A DNA stretch of 64,000 nt from Alphaproteobacteria bacterium. GTDB taxonomy: Bacteria; Pseudomonadota; Alphaproteobacteria; MPNO01. Positions 26,535 to 35,836 of the stretch are shown piece by piece. The notes beneath the pieces were generated by a model that did not search any database, was not told where the DNA came from, and worked only from the letters and a program-made list of their open reading frames with translations. Position 1 is the stretch's first letter; the number at the start of each line of letters is the position of its first letter. The position numbers and the translations under genes are program-made. The stretch is taken from NCBI GenBank assembly GCA_964291675.2, contig OZ219866.1, positions 1,344,001-1,408,000 of the forward strand, read 5' to 3'.

Positions 26535-27533
26535 ATGGCCAAGGTGAACGAGCTCCGATCCCGGCCCGCGCGGGAAGCCGGCGATATCGCCGCCGCCCGG
26601 CGGGTGCTGGAGACCGAATGCGCGGGTCTCGCCGCCCTGGCGCGTTCGATCGATTTCAGCTTCGCCGACGCGGTGGACGCCATGGCGCGCGCGCACGACC
26701 GCGGCCGGGTGATCGTCACCGGCATGGGCAAGAGCGGCCATGTCGGACGCAAGATCGCCGCCACGCTCGCATCGACGGGAACGCCCGCGCAGTTCGTCCA
26801 TCCGGGCGAGGCGAGCCATGGCGACCTCGGAATGATCACCGCGCGCGATACCGTGCTCGCGCTGTCCAACTCGGGCGAGACGCCGGAGCTCTCCGACATC
26901 ATCGCCTATACCAGGCGGCACGCCATCCCGCTGGTGGCGGTGTGCGCGCGCGCGGACAGCGCGCTCGCCGGCGCCGCGGACGTGCTGATCCGGCTGCCCG
27001 AGGCCGACGAGGCCTGCCCGCTCAGCCTCGCGCCGACCACCTCGACGACAATGATGATGGCGCTGGGCGATGCGCTGGCGGTGGCCCTGCTCGACCGGGT
27101 CGGGTTCTCGCGCGAGGATTTCAAGCTGCGCCATCCGGGCGGCCAGCTCGGCAAGCGTCTGGTCAAGGTCGCGCGGCTGATGCACGAAGGCGACAGGATC
27201 CCGCTCGCCCGGCCGGACATCCGCATGGCCGACGCGCTGCTGATCATGACCTCGCACAGCTTCGGCTGCATCGGGCTGATCGACGCCGGGCGCCGGCTGG
27301 TCGGGGTGATCACCGACGGCGACCTCAGGCGCAATATGGGCGAGCGCCTGCTGGACAGGCCGGCGGGGGAGGTGATGACCGCGGCGCCGCGCACCGTCCC
27401 GCCCGACGCGCTCGCCGACCAGGCGCTCAGGGTGATGAACGAGAACGGCATCACCAGCCTGTTCGTGGTCGAGGACGGCCGCCCGGTCGGCATCCTCCAC
27501 ATCCACGACTGCCTGCGCGCGGGCGTCGACTGA
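26535..27533 (+). CDS. kdsD: Arabinose-5-phosphate isomerase (KpsF/GutQ family)
   Basis: GMGKSGH, HPGEASHGDLG, APTTST, HPGGQLG, CBS pair. Confidence 0.95.
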   Translation: MAKVNELRSRPAREAGDIAAARRVLETECAGLAALARSIDFSFADAVDAMARAHDRGRVIVTGMGKSGHVGRKIAATLASTGTPAQFVHPGEASHGDLGMITARDTVLALSNSGETPELSDIIAYTRRHAIPLVAVCARADSALAGAADVLIRLPEADEACPLSLAPTTSTTMMMALGDALAVALLDRVGFSREDFKLRHPGGQLGKRLVKVARLMHEGDRIPLARPDIRMADALLIMTSHSFGCIGLIDAGRRLVGVITDGDLRRNMGERLLDRPAGEVMTAAPRTVPPDALADQALRVMNENGITSLFVVEDGRPVGILHIHDCLRAGVD

Positions 27534-27539
27534 GCGGCC

Positions 27540-28169
27540 ATGGCGGCGATCGCCCCGACCCGGATCGAGCGCGGCTACTCCCGGTTCGTCGCGGTGATGA
27601 AGGTGGCGCTGCCGCTCGGCGCGGCGGCGGTGGTCATCCTCCTGTTCTCGTGGTCCAGGCTGTATGACATGCCCAAGCGGCTGCAGATCGGCGCGACCAG
27701 CTTCAGCGTCTCGGAGTCGACCAGCGGGCACCGGATGATCAATGCGCGCTATACCGGCACGGATCGCAACGACAACCCCTATACCCTGGCCGCGGAGTCG
27801 ATCGTCCAGCAGAAGCCCGAGCTCGACCGGGTCACCCTCAACCGGCCCGAGGCCGACTTCACCACGGCGGACGGCACCTGGGTCGCGGTCGCGGCCGCAA
27901 GGGGCGCGTTCGTCCGCGAGGCCCAGCGCGTCGAGCTGCGGGGGAATGTCAGCCTGTATCACGACTGGGGCTACCAGTTCCTCACCGACGAGGCGACGAT
28001 CGATTTCGCCCAGGCGACCGCCTGGGGCGACGCGCCGGTAAACGGCACCGGGACGTGGGCCGACATGGAGGCGGCCGGGTTCCGCATCACCCGCCAGGAC
28101 AGCCGGCTGAAATTTTCCGGCCCGGCCCGCCTGGTGCTCTACTCCAACCCGAAGGAACAGCGGCCATGA
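27540..28169 (+). CDS. lptC: LPS export protein LptC
   Basis: YSRFV..MK.ALP N-terminal TM, beta-jellyroll-like sequence, synteny. Confidence 0.85.
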   Translation: MAAIAPTRIERGYSRFVAVMKVALPLGAAAVVILLFSWSRLYDMPKRLQIGATSFSVSESTSGHRMINARYTGTDRNDNPYTLAAESIVQQKPELDRVTLNRPEADFTTADGTWVAVAAARGAFVREAQRVELRGNVSLYHDWGYQFLTDEATIDFAQATAWGDAPVNGTGTWADMEAAGFRITRQDSRLKFSGPARLVLYSNPKEQRP

Positions 28170-28981
28170 CCGGTCGGCTGGCGCCGGCGGTGCTGGCGGG
28201 GGTCGCGCTGGCCGCCCTCCCGGCGCTCGCGCAGACCGGCGGATTGCCGTTCCGCGACGGCTCCGGGCCGATCGAGATCGTCGTCGACGGCGGTGTCGAG
28301 TGGCAGCAGAAGGCGAAGACCTTCGTCGCGCGCGGCAACGCCCGCGCCCGGCAGGACGATGTGACGGTGCGCGCCGACGTGCTCACCGCGCATTACCGCG
28401 ACAGCGAGGACGGCGGCACGGAGATCTGGCGCATCGTGGCGGAGGGCGATGTCCGCATCGCCGCGCCGGATCGCACCGCCACCGGTGCGAAGGGGGAGTA
28501 CGACGTCGACAAGCAAGTGCTGGTCCTGACCGGGAAGCCGGAATTCGAACGCGGGGCCGACCGGATCACCGCCGACGACCGGCTGGAGTACTGGCAGGGC
28601 GCGCGGCGCGCGGTGGCGGTGGGCAACGCGACCGCGAAACGCGACGACCGGACCCTGAAGGCGGGAAGGCTGACCGCGACCTTCGCGGCGGACGGCGAGG
28701 ATGGCGAGCGCATCGAGCGCATCGAGGCTGTCGGAAATGTGATCTTCCGGTCGCCGAGCGAGGTATTGCGCGCCGACCGCGCGACCTATGATGTGGCGGC
28801 GGAGCGGATCGAGCTCGAGGGCTCGGTGTTCATCACCCAGGGACGCAACCAGTTGAAGGGTCAGGCGGCGGAGCTCGACCTGAAGACCGGGGTCAGCCGG
28901 ATGCATGGGGGAGCGGGCGGGGTGACGGGCGTGCTGGTGCCGGGGACGGTGGCCCGTCCCGACGGCGAGAACGGGCGATGA
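28166..28981 (+). CDS. lptA: LPS transport periplasmic protein LptA/OstA
   Basis: Signal peptide, GPIEI, duplicated OstA-like repeats, synteny. Confidence 0.85.
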   Translation: MTGRLAPAVLAGVALAALPALAQTGGLPFRDGSGPIEIVVDGGVEWQQKAKTFVARGNARARQDDVTVRADVLTAHYRDSEDGGTEIWRIVAEGDVRIAAPDRTATGAKGEYDVDKQVLVLTGKPEFERGADRITADDRLEYWQGARRAVAVGNATAKRDDRTLKAGRLTATFAADGEDGERIERIEAVGNVIFRSPSEVLRADRATYDVAAERIELEGSVFITQGRNQLKGQAAELDLKTGVSRMHGGAGGVTGVLVPGTVARPDGENGR

Positions 28982-29760
28982 CGGGACGCGGACAGCCGGC
29001 CGGGGATGCCGGTCCCGCCCCGCGGCTGATCGCGCAATCGACCGGGCTGGAGGCCTTCTCGCTCGGCAAGCGCTTCCGGAAGCGTCCGGTGCTGCGCGAT
29101 GTCAATCTCAGGCTGGAACGGGGCGAGGCGGTCGGTCTGCTGGGTCCGAACGGCGCCGGCAAGACGACGTCGTTCTACATCCTGACCGGTCTGATCCAGC
29201 CCGACTCGGGGGTCGTCGCGCTGGACGGCAACGACATCACCCGGCTGCCGATGTACCGCCGCGCCCGGATCGGCATCGGATACTTGCCGCAGGAAGCCTC
29301 GATCTTTCGCGGGATGACGGTGGAGAACAATATCCGCGCGGTGCTGGAGGTCACCGAGCCCGCGCCCGACCTCCGCGAGGGCCGCCTAGAGGCGCTGCTC
29401 GGCGAGTTCTCGATCACCCATCTCAGGCGCACCCCGGCGCTGGCGCTGTCCGGCGGCGAACGGCGCCGGGTGGAGATCGCGCGGGCGCTGGCGAGCTCGC
29501 CGAGCTACGTCCTGCTCGACGAGCCCTTCGTCGGCATCGATCCCATCGCCGTGAGCGACGTCCGCGAGCTGGTCAGCCATCTCAAGGACCGCGGCATCGG
29601 CGTGCTGATCACCGACCACAACGTGCGCGAGACGCTCGACATCGTCGACCGAGCCTACATCCTGCATGACGGCCGCGTGCTGATGGAGGGCGCGCCTTCG
29701 CAGATCGTGGACGACGACGAAGTGCGGCGCGTCTATCTCGGCGAACGGTTCAGCCTGTAG
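28978..29760 (+). CDS. lptB: LPS export ABC ATPase LptB
   Basis: [42 protein letters not shown]. Confidence 0.97.
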   Translation: MTGRGQPAGDAGPAPRLIAQSTGLEAFSLGKRFRKRPVLRDVNLRLERGEAVGLLGPNGAGKTTSFYILTGLIQPDSGVVALDGNDITRLPMYRRARIGIGYLPQEASIFRGMTVENNIRAVLEVTEPAPDLREGRLEALLGEFSITHLRRTPALALSGGERRRVEIARALASSPSYVLLDEPFVGIDPIAVSDVRELVSHLKDRGIGVLITDHNVRETLDIVDRAYILHDGRVLMEGAPSQIVDDDEVRRVYLGERFSL

Positions 29761-29965
29761 CGTCCCGGTTATCCCGGACTTATCCCCAGCGGGGGCGCGC
29801 GATATTGCGGATCCCCTGCAAAGGATGCAGACTCGCGCGCTGGTTTTCCGCTGTTGACTCGCGGGCGCGTCAACCATAAGTTCCGCGCCCTCCGCAGCGG
29901 GGCGGGGCGCGGGGCGCGGCCGGAAGAGCCAAAGGGAGTGCGCCGGGGCTAGGGCGCGGAAGCGT

Positions 29966-30574
29966 TTGAAAATCGGACTCACCGGGCGTCGCATGGATGT
30001 GGGCGAGCGTCTTCGACGGCATGTCGAGACCCGTCTCAACGACGGCGTAGCAAAGTATTTCGACCAGGCGATGGAATCGCACGTGGTCTTCGAGCCGGAC
30101 GGGCCTCTGGTGCGGGCCGACATCTCGGTCCATGTCGGGCGCGGCATCCAGGTTCAGGGGCACGGCTCGGCCGGCGATGCGCAGAACGCGTTCGATCTGG
30201 CGATGGAACGGATCGCCAAGCGGCTCAGGCGCAACAAGCGCCGCCTGCGCGACCATCACCGCAAATCGGGCTCGGCGCGCCGCGACGATGCGCTGACCGC
30301 CCAGCATGTCATCCTGGCGGACCCCGCCGACCGGCCGGACGACGAGGCCGAGGGCGAGAACCCGGTGGTCGTCGCGGAGACCATAGCGGAAATCGATTCG
30401 ATGACGGTGAGCGAGGCGGTCATGCGCCTCGACCTCGCGGAACAGCCGGTGGTGGTGTTCCGCAACGCCGCCAATGGCGGGCTCAACGTCCTCTACCGCC
30501 GCGGCGACGGCAATCTCGGCTGGCTCGACCCGGCCGGCGCCGACGGGGCGGGGGCGACCCCGCGGAAGGGCTAG
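29966..30574 (+). CDS. hpf: Ribosome hibernation factor (long HPF/RaiA)
   Basis: KRLRRNKRRLRDH, MTVSEAVMRLDL, YRRGDGNLGW. Confidence 0.92.
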   Translation: MKIGLTGRRMDVGERLRRHVETRLNDGVAKYFDQAMESHVVFEPDGPLVRADISVHVGRGIQVQGHGSAGDAQNAFDLAMERIAKRLRRNKRRLRDHHRKSGSARRDDALTAQHVILADPADRPDDEAEGENPVVVAETIAEIDSMTVSEAVMRLDLAEQPVVVFRNAANGGLNVLYRRGDGNLGWLDPAGADGAGATPRKG

Positions 30575-30575
30575 C

Positions 30576-31040
30576 ATGGAAATCGGCGATCTGCTGACCA
30601 GCGACCGCGTGGTGGACCGCCTGCCCGCGGCGAGCAAGAAACAGGTGATCCGGGAGATTTCCAGGCGCGCGGCGGCGGTCACCGGGCTCGACGAGCGCTC
30701 GGTGTTCAGCGTCCTCCTGGAACGCGAACGGCTCGGAACCACGGGCGTCGGCGAGGGCGTCGCGATACCGCATGGCAAGCTCCCCGACCTCGACGGTCTG
30801 TACGGTTTCTTCGCCAGGCTCGACCAGGCGATCGATTTCGAGTCCATCGACGAGCGGCCGGTCGACCTCGTCTTCCTGCTGCTGGCCCAGGAGGGGGCGA
30901 GCGCCGATCACCTCAAGGCGCTCGCCCGGGTCTCGCGGCTGATGCGCGATCCCGCCGTCCGCGACGGGCTGCGCCATGCCGCGGATGCCGGCGCGCTCTA
31001 CTCCATCCTCACCGCGAACGGCCGCGTCCGCGCCGCCTGA
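30576..31040 (+). CDS. ptsN: PTS IIA nitrogen-regulatory protein
   Basis: RERLGTTGVGEGVAIPHG, PVDLVFLLLA, ADHLKALARVSR. Confidence 0.95.
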   Translation: MEIGDLLTSDRVVDRLPAASKKQVIREISRRAAAVTGLDERSVFSVLLERERLGTTGVGEGVAIPHGKLPDLDGLYGFFARLDQAIDFESIDERPVDLVFLLLAQEGASADHLKALARVSRLMRDPAVRDGLRHAADAGALYSILTANGRVRAA

Positions 31041-31166
31041 GACGGTCCGACGCGCGCGCCGGGCGAGGGCCGTCCTTCGATACGCCCCGGATCGGGTCCG
31101 GGGGCGATCCGGCCATCCACGCCGCTCGCCGCCAGCCCTGAAAATTGCCGAACAAGAAAAAACCGC

Positions 31167-31195
31167 TTGACATGGGACGTGTTTTGTGGTAGGTT
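31167..31195 (+). promoter_or_regulatory. Sigma70-like promoter (TTGACA-N17-TAGGTT with upstream A-tract)
   Basis: Perfect -35 hexamer, 17-nt spacer and A-rich UP element in the convergent ptsN/hsp20 gap. Confidence 0.55.
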
Positions 31196-31212
31196 TGCCA
31201 TGCTCGCGAAAT

Positions 31213-31241
31213 GGGGCGCCGGAGATGCCGGCGCCTCTTTT
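31213..31241 (+). terminator. Intrinsic terminator hairpin
   Basis: GGGGCGCCGG-AGATG-CCGGCGCCTC followed by TTTT. Confidence 0.65.
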
Positions 31242-31262
31242 GCTTGCCCCGCCGGATACGCC

Positions 31263-31688
31263 CTAGGCGTCCGCGGCCTCGGCGCTGCGGATCTCGATCA
31301 CCGTCTCGCGGCGCGACGGAGGCGGCCGCGCGAGGTCGATATGGAGCAGGCCGTCGGTCAGCTCCGCGCCGGCGACCTCGATGCCTTCGGCGAGCACGAA
31401 GGAGCGCTGGAACTGGCGCGTGGCGATGCCGCGGTGGAGATAAACCCGGCCGTCGGAATCGGACTGCTTGCCCCTGATGGTGAGCTGCGAGGCCGCCACC
31501 GTGACCGCGAGTTCGTCGCGCCGGAAGCCGGCGACGGCGAGCGTGATGCGCAGCGCGTCGTCGCCCACATGCTCGACATTGTAGGGAGGATAGCCGTCGG
31601 CCGCGCTCTTCGAGACCCGGTCGAGCACCCGTTCGAGCTGGTCGAAGCCGAGCAGGAACGGGCTGTTGAAGACCGACATGCGCGTCAT
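31263..31688 (-). CDS. Small heat-shock protein (Hsp20/IbpA family)
   Basis: SPFLLGFD, YPPYN, ITLAVAGF, YLHRGIA.RQF.RSF, GLLHIDL. Confidence 0.93.
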   Translation of the reverse strand: MTRMSVFNSPFLLGFDQLERVLDRVSKSAADGYPPYNVEHVGDDALRITLAVAGFRRDELAVTVAASQLTIRGKQSDSDGRVYLHRGIATRQFQRSFVLAEGIEVAGAELTDGLLHIDLARPPPSRRETVIEIRSAEAADA

Positions 31689-31762
31689 TGCGGACCTCCT
31701 CCTGGCGAGCGGGGCGCAGTCTCTTCCCGCCGGGTCCCGGAGGCCCCCGGCGGACCGGCCTG

Positions 31763-33196
31763 TCAGGCGCCGTGACCACGGATATGGGCCGCCCGGGCGG
31801 AGACGGCAAGGCCGGCGGCGCCCAGGGCGGGCTCGCGCGGCAGGGTGAGCGCGACGCGAAGACCGGGTCGGTTGTCGCCGAGTTCGAGGCTGCCGCCGTG
31901 GCGTTCGACCACCGCCGCGACCAGGCTGAGGCCGAGCCCGGCGCCGGGGGCGTTGCGCGACGCCTCGATGCGGAAGAAGCGCTCGGTCACGCGCCCCTTC
32001 AGGGCGTCGGGAATGCCCGGCCCGCCATCGGCGACGGCGATCTCGACCCGCTCGTCCAGCCCGCGCGCGGCGATCGCGACGGTGCCGCCGCCCGGCGAGA
32101 ACTTGATCGCGTTGTCGAGCAGATTGGCCAGCGCCTGGAACAACAGGTCGCGGTCTCCCCCGATCCGCCCGGCGCCGCCGGGCTCGGCGTCGAGCGCGAC
32201 CCCGCGCTCCTCGGCGAGCGGCGCGTAGAGCTCGGCGACGTCGCTCACCAGCAGGTCGAGGTCGAAGGACTCGACCTGCCCGGTCTCGACCCCGGCCTCC
32301 AGCCGGGCGATGCGCAGCAGCGAGTTGAACGTCTTGAGCAGCGCGTCGGCCTCCTCGATGGTGCGGCCGATGGCGCGGCGATAGGCGTCCTCGTCGGCGG
32401 GCTCGGCGAGCGCCAGCTCGAGCCGGCTGCGCAGCCGCGCGAGCGGGCTTCTCAAATCGTGCGCGATGTTGTCGCTCACCTCGCGGACGCTGGCGACGAG
32501 CTGCGCGATGCGGTCGAGCATGTCGTTGAGATTGGCCGCCAGCCGGTCGAACTCGTCGTCGGTGCCGCGCGCCGGGATGCGCCGGTCGAGCGCGCCGGCC
32601 ATGATCTCCCGGCTGGCCTGGTTGATCGCGTCGATGCGGCGCAGCATGGGCCGGCTGACCAGCACGCCGCCGGCGATGCTGAGCACCAGCGCCAGCGCGA
32701 TCCCCCAGCCGATGGATTCGCGGAACCGGGCGTCGATCTCCAGCCTCTCGCGGATATCGCGCCCGACCAGGAGGCGGAGCCCGCCGGTGAGCTCGAAGAT
32801 GCGGGCGCGGCCGAGGTCCACCGCGCCGCGCCGGTCGGCGTATTCGAGCTCGAAGGTGATCCAGCCATCGGGGCCGGGTGCCTCGCGGGGCCAGGCGCTG
32901 AGATTGCCGGCGAGCGGGCGCAGGCTCGAATCGGTCAGCAGATAGAGCCCGCGGCTCGCCCGCGCCCGCGCGGTGCGGCGGTTGAGCGCGCGCACCAGGC
33001 CGATCGTGCCGAACTGCGAATACTGCTCGCCGAGCCCGCGGATCTCGGCCTCGATCGCCGCGTCGGTCTGGCGCGCCATGAAGCCGGCGGTGGACCAGTA
33101 GAGAAACCCGACCAGGACGACCGCCGAGACGCCGAACAGCCCGAAATAGATCAGGGTGAGGCGGAACGTCGTGCTGCGCAGGAGCCTAGCGCGCAT
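31763..33196 (-). CDS. HAMP-domain sensor histidine kinase
   Basis: 2 TM, HAMP, IAHDLRSPL H-box, NLLDNAIKF, DGGPGI, GAGLGL. Confidence 0.93.
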   Translation of the reverse strand: MRARLLRSTTFRLTLIYFGLFGVSAVVLVGFLYWSTAGFMARQTDAAIEAEIRGLGEQYSQFGTIGLVRALNRRTARARASRGLYLLTDSSLRPLAGNLSAWPREAPGPDGWITFELEYADRRGAVDLGRARIFELTGGLRLLVGRDIRERLEIDARFRESIGWGIALALVLSIAGGVLVSRPMLRRIDAINQASREIMAGALDRRIPARGTDDEFDRLAANLNDMLDRIAQLVASVREVSDNIAHDLRSPLARLRSRLELALAEPADEDAYRRAIGRTIEEADALLKTFNSLLRIARLEAGVETGQVESFDLDLLVSDVAELYAPLAEERGVALDAEPGGAGRIGGDRDLLFQALANLLDNAIKFSPGGGTVAIAARGLDERVEIAVADGGPGIPDALKGRVTERFFRIEASRNAPGAGLGLSLVAAVVERHGGSLELGDNRPGLRVALTLPREPALGAAGLAVSARAAHIRGHGA

Positions 33197-33243
33197 GTCT
33201 TACCAACGACTCGCGAAGAGCCCGCGCCTCTGCGGCCGAGGCC

Positions 33244-33349
33244 GTCCTTCGATACGCCCCCTTCGGGGGCTACTCAGGATGAGGAGAGCTTGGAATGCCT
33301 TTAGAGACCCCCTCATCCCGAGTAGGCGCGAAGCGCCGTATCGAGGGAC
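33244..33349. repeat. REP-like doublet, family A
   Basis: GTCCTTCGATACG...CTACTCAGGATGAGG...CCTCATCCCGAGTAG...CGTATCGAGGGAC. Confidence 0.9.
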
Positions 33350-33386
33350 GCCATGCCGCATCGGTTCCATCCAGGACGGCCAGGCT

Positions 33387-34067
33387 CTATCCCGGCTCCG
33401 CGCGGAGCCGGTATCCCGCGCCGCGCACGGTCTCGATGAGCGGGCTCGCGGCGCCGGCATCGACCTTGCGCCGCAGCCTGGAGATATGGACGTCGATGAC
33501 ATTGGTCTGCGGATCGAAGCGGTACTCCCATACGTTCTCCAGCAGCATGGTCCTTGTCACCACCCGACCGGCATTCCGCATCAGGCATTCGAGGAGCTGG
33601 AACTCGCGGCGCTGCAGCTCGATGCGCCGCCCGCCGCGGGCGACGCGGCGGGCGAGCAGGTCCATCTCCAGATCGCCCACCCGGAGCACCGTGTCCCGCA
33701 GCGGCGCCGCACCGCGCCGGAGCAGCGCATCGACCCGGGCGCGCAGCTCGGAGAAGGCGAAGGGCTTGACCAGGTAGTCGTCGGCGCCGGCCCTGAGCCC
33801 GGCCACCCGGTCCCCGACCTCGCCCTTGGCGCTGAGGAACAGCACCGGGGTCTTGCGCCCGGCGCTCCGCATCGCCTCGACGATGGCGATCCCGTCGAGC
33901 TCGGGCAGCATGCGGTCGACCACCGCCACGTCGTAGTCGGTGCCGAGCGCCAGCACCAGCCCGTCGCGCCCGTCATGCGCCACGTCCACCGCGAAGCCGC
34001 CCTCGGAGAGCCCCTTGGCGATGAAGCCCGCGGTCTCGGCGTCGTCTTCGATGATCAATGCGCGCAT
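33387..34067 (-). CDS. OmpR-family response regulator
   Basis: LIIEDD, VVDRMLP, GADDYLVKPF, DVHISRLRRK, TVRGAGY. Confidence 0.95.
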   Translation of the reverse strand: MRALIIEDDAETAGFIAKGLSEGGFAVDVAHDGRDGLVLALGTDYDVAVVDRMLPELDGIAIVEAMRSAGRKTPVLFLSAKGEVGDRVAGLRAGADDYLVKPFAFSELRARVDALLRRGAAPLRDTVLRVGDLEMDLLARRVARGGRRIELQRREFQLLECLMRNAGRVVTRTMLLENVWEYRFDPQTNVIDVHISRLRRKVDAGAASPLIETVRGAGYRLRAEPG

Positions 34068-34145
34068 GGCGGGACCGGCACGGCCGAAAGGCAGGAGCCG
34101 GGACCGCCCGCGCGGCCCCGGCCCCGACCGTCAGACCCTGCTACT

Positions 34146-35651
34146 CTACGCGTCGGCGAAGCGGACCGCCACGATGCGATCCTCGCCCTTGCGGTCGATG
34201 GTCAGCAGCACCGCCTTGCGGCCGTCCTTGCGGACCTGCTCGACCGCCTTGGCCGCCTCGGCGGCGGAGCCGACCGGGGTGTAGGTGACGCGCTCGATCA
34301 CGTCGCCCGCCCGGATGCCGCGCGCCCAGGCCGGGCTGTCGCTCTCGACATGGCGGATCAGGGCGCCCTTGGCCGCCTCGTCGAGCCCGAAGCGGGACCG
34401 CGCGGCGGGGTCGATATCGGCCACCGTGATGCCGGTGCCGGCGAGCCCCTCCCTGGCGGGCTTGGCGGGCGCGCTCGCCATCTTCTGCGCGGTCGGCATC
34501 AGCCCGGTGGTGACCTTGAGCGTCATCGGCTTGCCCTCGCGAAGGATCGCGAGCTCGACGACCTTGCCCGCCTCGGTGCCGGCGACGAGGCGCGGCAGGT
34601 CGCGGAACTTCTCGACCGCGGCGCCGTCCCACTTGGCGATGATGTCGCCCTGCTTGAGGCCGGCGTCGCGCGCCGGGCCGGTCTCGACCACCGAGGCGAC
34701 CAGCGCGCCGGTCGCGTCCTTCATGCCGAGGCTCTCGGCGATGTCCGGCGTGACCGGCTGGATCTGCACGCCGAGCCAGCCGCGCTCGATCTTGCCGTCG
34801 GCCTTGAGCGCGGCGATCACCCGCCTGGCGTCGTTCGACGGGATGGCGAAGCCGATGCCGACATTGCCGCCGGTGGGCGAGTAGATCGAGGCGTTGACGC
34901 CGATCACCTTGCCGGTCGCGTCGAAGGCGGGTCCGCCGGAATTGCCCTGGTTGATCGGCGCGTCGATCTGCAGGAAGTCGACCAGCGAGCCGCCCCTGAG
35001 ATCGCGTCCCCGCGCCGACACGATGCCGGCGGTCACCGAGCCGCCGAGGCCGAACGGGTTGCCGATGGTCATCACCCAGTCGCCGGCGCGGATGCGGTCG
35101 GAGTCGCCGAACTCGACGAAGGGAAGCGGCCGGCCGGCGTCGATCTTGAGCAGCGCGAGGTCGGTCTTGGCGTCGCCGCCGACCAGCTTGGCGTCGAAGG
35201 TGTCGCCGTCATGCAGGCGGACGCGGATCGAGCGCGCGCCGGCGACCACGTGGTTGTTGGTCACCACATGGCCGTCCTTATCCACGATGAAGCCGGAGCC
35301 CACGGCCGACATGCGGTGGTCGGGGCGCATCGGCCCGCCGAAGCGGAAGTCCGGCATGGACCGACCGAAGAAGCGCTCCATGAACTCGCGGAACTGCCCC
35401 TCGGGCCGGTTGGAGAAGGGGCTGAACTCGGGCATCTGCCCGGGCTTTTCGAGCATCGCCGGGGCGGTGCCGCGGTCGGTCGCGATATTGACCACGGCGG
35501 GTCCGACGCGGGCGGCGATGTCGGCGAAGCTCTCCGGCGCCGGGCGCGCATGCGCGATGCCGGACGCCGCGGTCGCCATCGCCGCGGCCAGCGCGCCGGG
35601 CAGGATCACCCGGTGCAGGACACGCTTGTCGAGCGTCAATGAGGCAGTCAT
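34146..35651 (-). CDS. degP: Do/DegP/DegQ serine endoprotease with two PDZ domains
   Basis: GSGFI, VTNNHV, TDLALL, DAPINQGNSGG, GWLGVQIQ. Confidence 0.92.
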   Translation of the reverse strand: MTASLTLDKRVLHRVILPGALAAAMATAASGIAHARPAPESFADIAARVGPAVVNIATDRGTAPAMLEKPGQMPEFSPFSNRPEGQFREFMERFFGRSMPDFRFGGPMRPDHRMSAVGSGFIVDKDGHVVTNNHVVAGARSIRVRLHDGDTFDAKLVGGDAKTDLALLKIDAGRPLPFVEFGDSDRIRAGDWVMTIGNPFGLGGSVTAGIVSARGRDLRGGSLVDFLQIDAPINQGNSGGPAFDATGKVIGVNASIYSPTGGNVGIGFAIPSNDARRVIAALKADGKIERGWLGVQIQPVTPDIAESLGMKDATGALVASVVETGPARDAGLKQGDIIAKWDGAAVEKFRDLPRLVAGTEAGKVVELAILREGKPMTLKVTTGLMPTAQKMASAPAKPAREGLAGTGITVADIDPAARSRFGLDEAAKGALIRHVESDSPAWARGIRAGDVIERVTYTPVGSAAEAAKAVEQVRKDGRKAVLLTIDRKGEDRIVAVRFADA

Positions 35652-35740
35652 GGCTTACTCTCCCGAATTTGTCGTCGCCCGAGAGATAGCGCAGCCGCCT
35701 GAAGCGGGTCTTACCGGAACATGAAACTTGCGTAAGGTGG

Positions 35741-35836
35741 GCCCTTCGATACGCCCCCTTCGGGGGCTACTCAGGATGAGGGCGCAATGAAAGATCCTCA
35801 TCCCGAGTAGGCGCGCCAGCGCCGTATCGAGGGACG
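35741..35836. repeat. REP-like doublet, family A, overlapping the amidohydrolase 3' end
   Basis: Same arms as 33244-33349. Confidence 0.9.

Noticed and set aside
29769-29788. TTATCC-containing DnaA-box-like pair after lptB
   Set aside because: Degenerate matches only, with no supporting context
31689-31740. ROSE thermometer in the hsp20 leader
   Set aside because: Could not identify a convincing U(U/C)GCU anti-SD hairpin by eye
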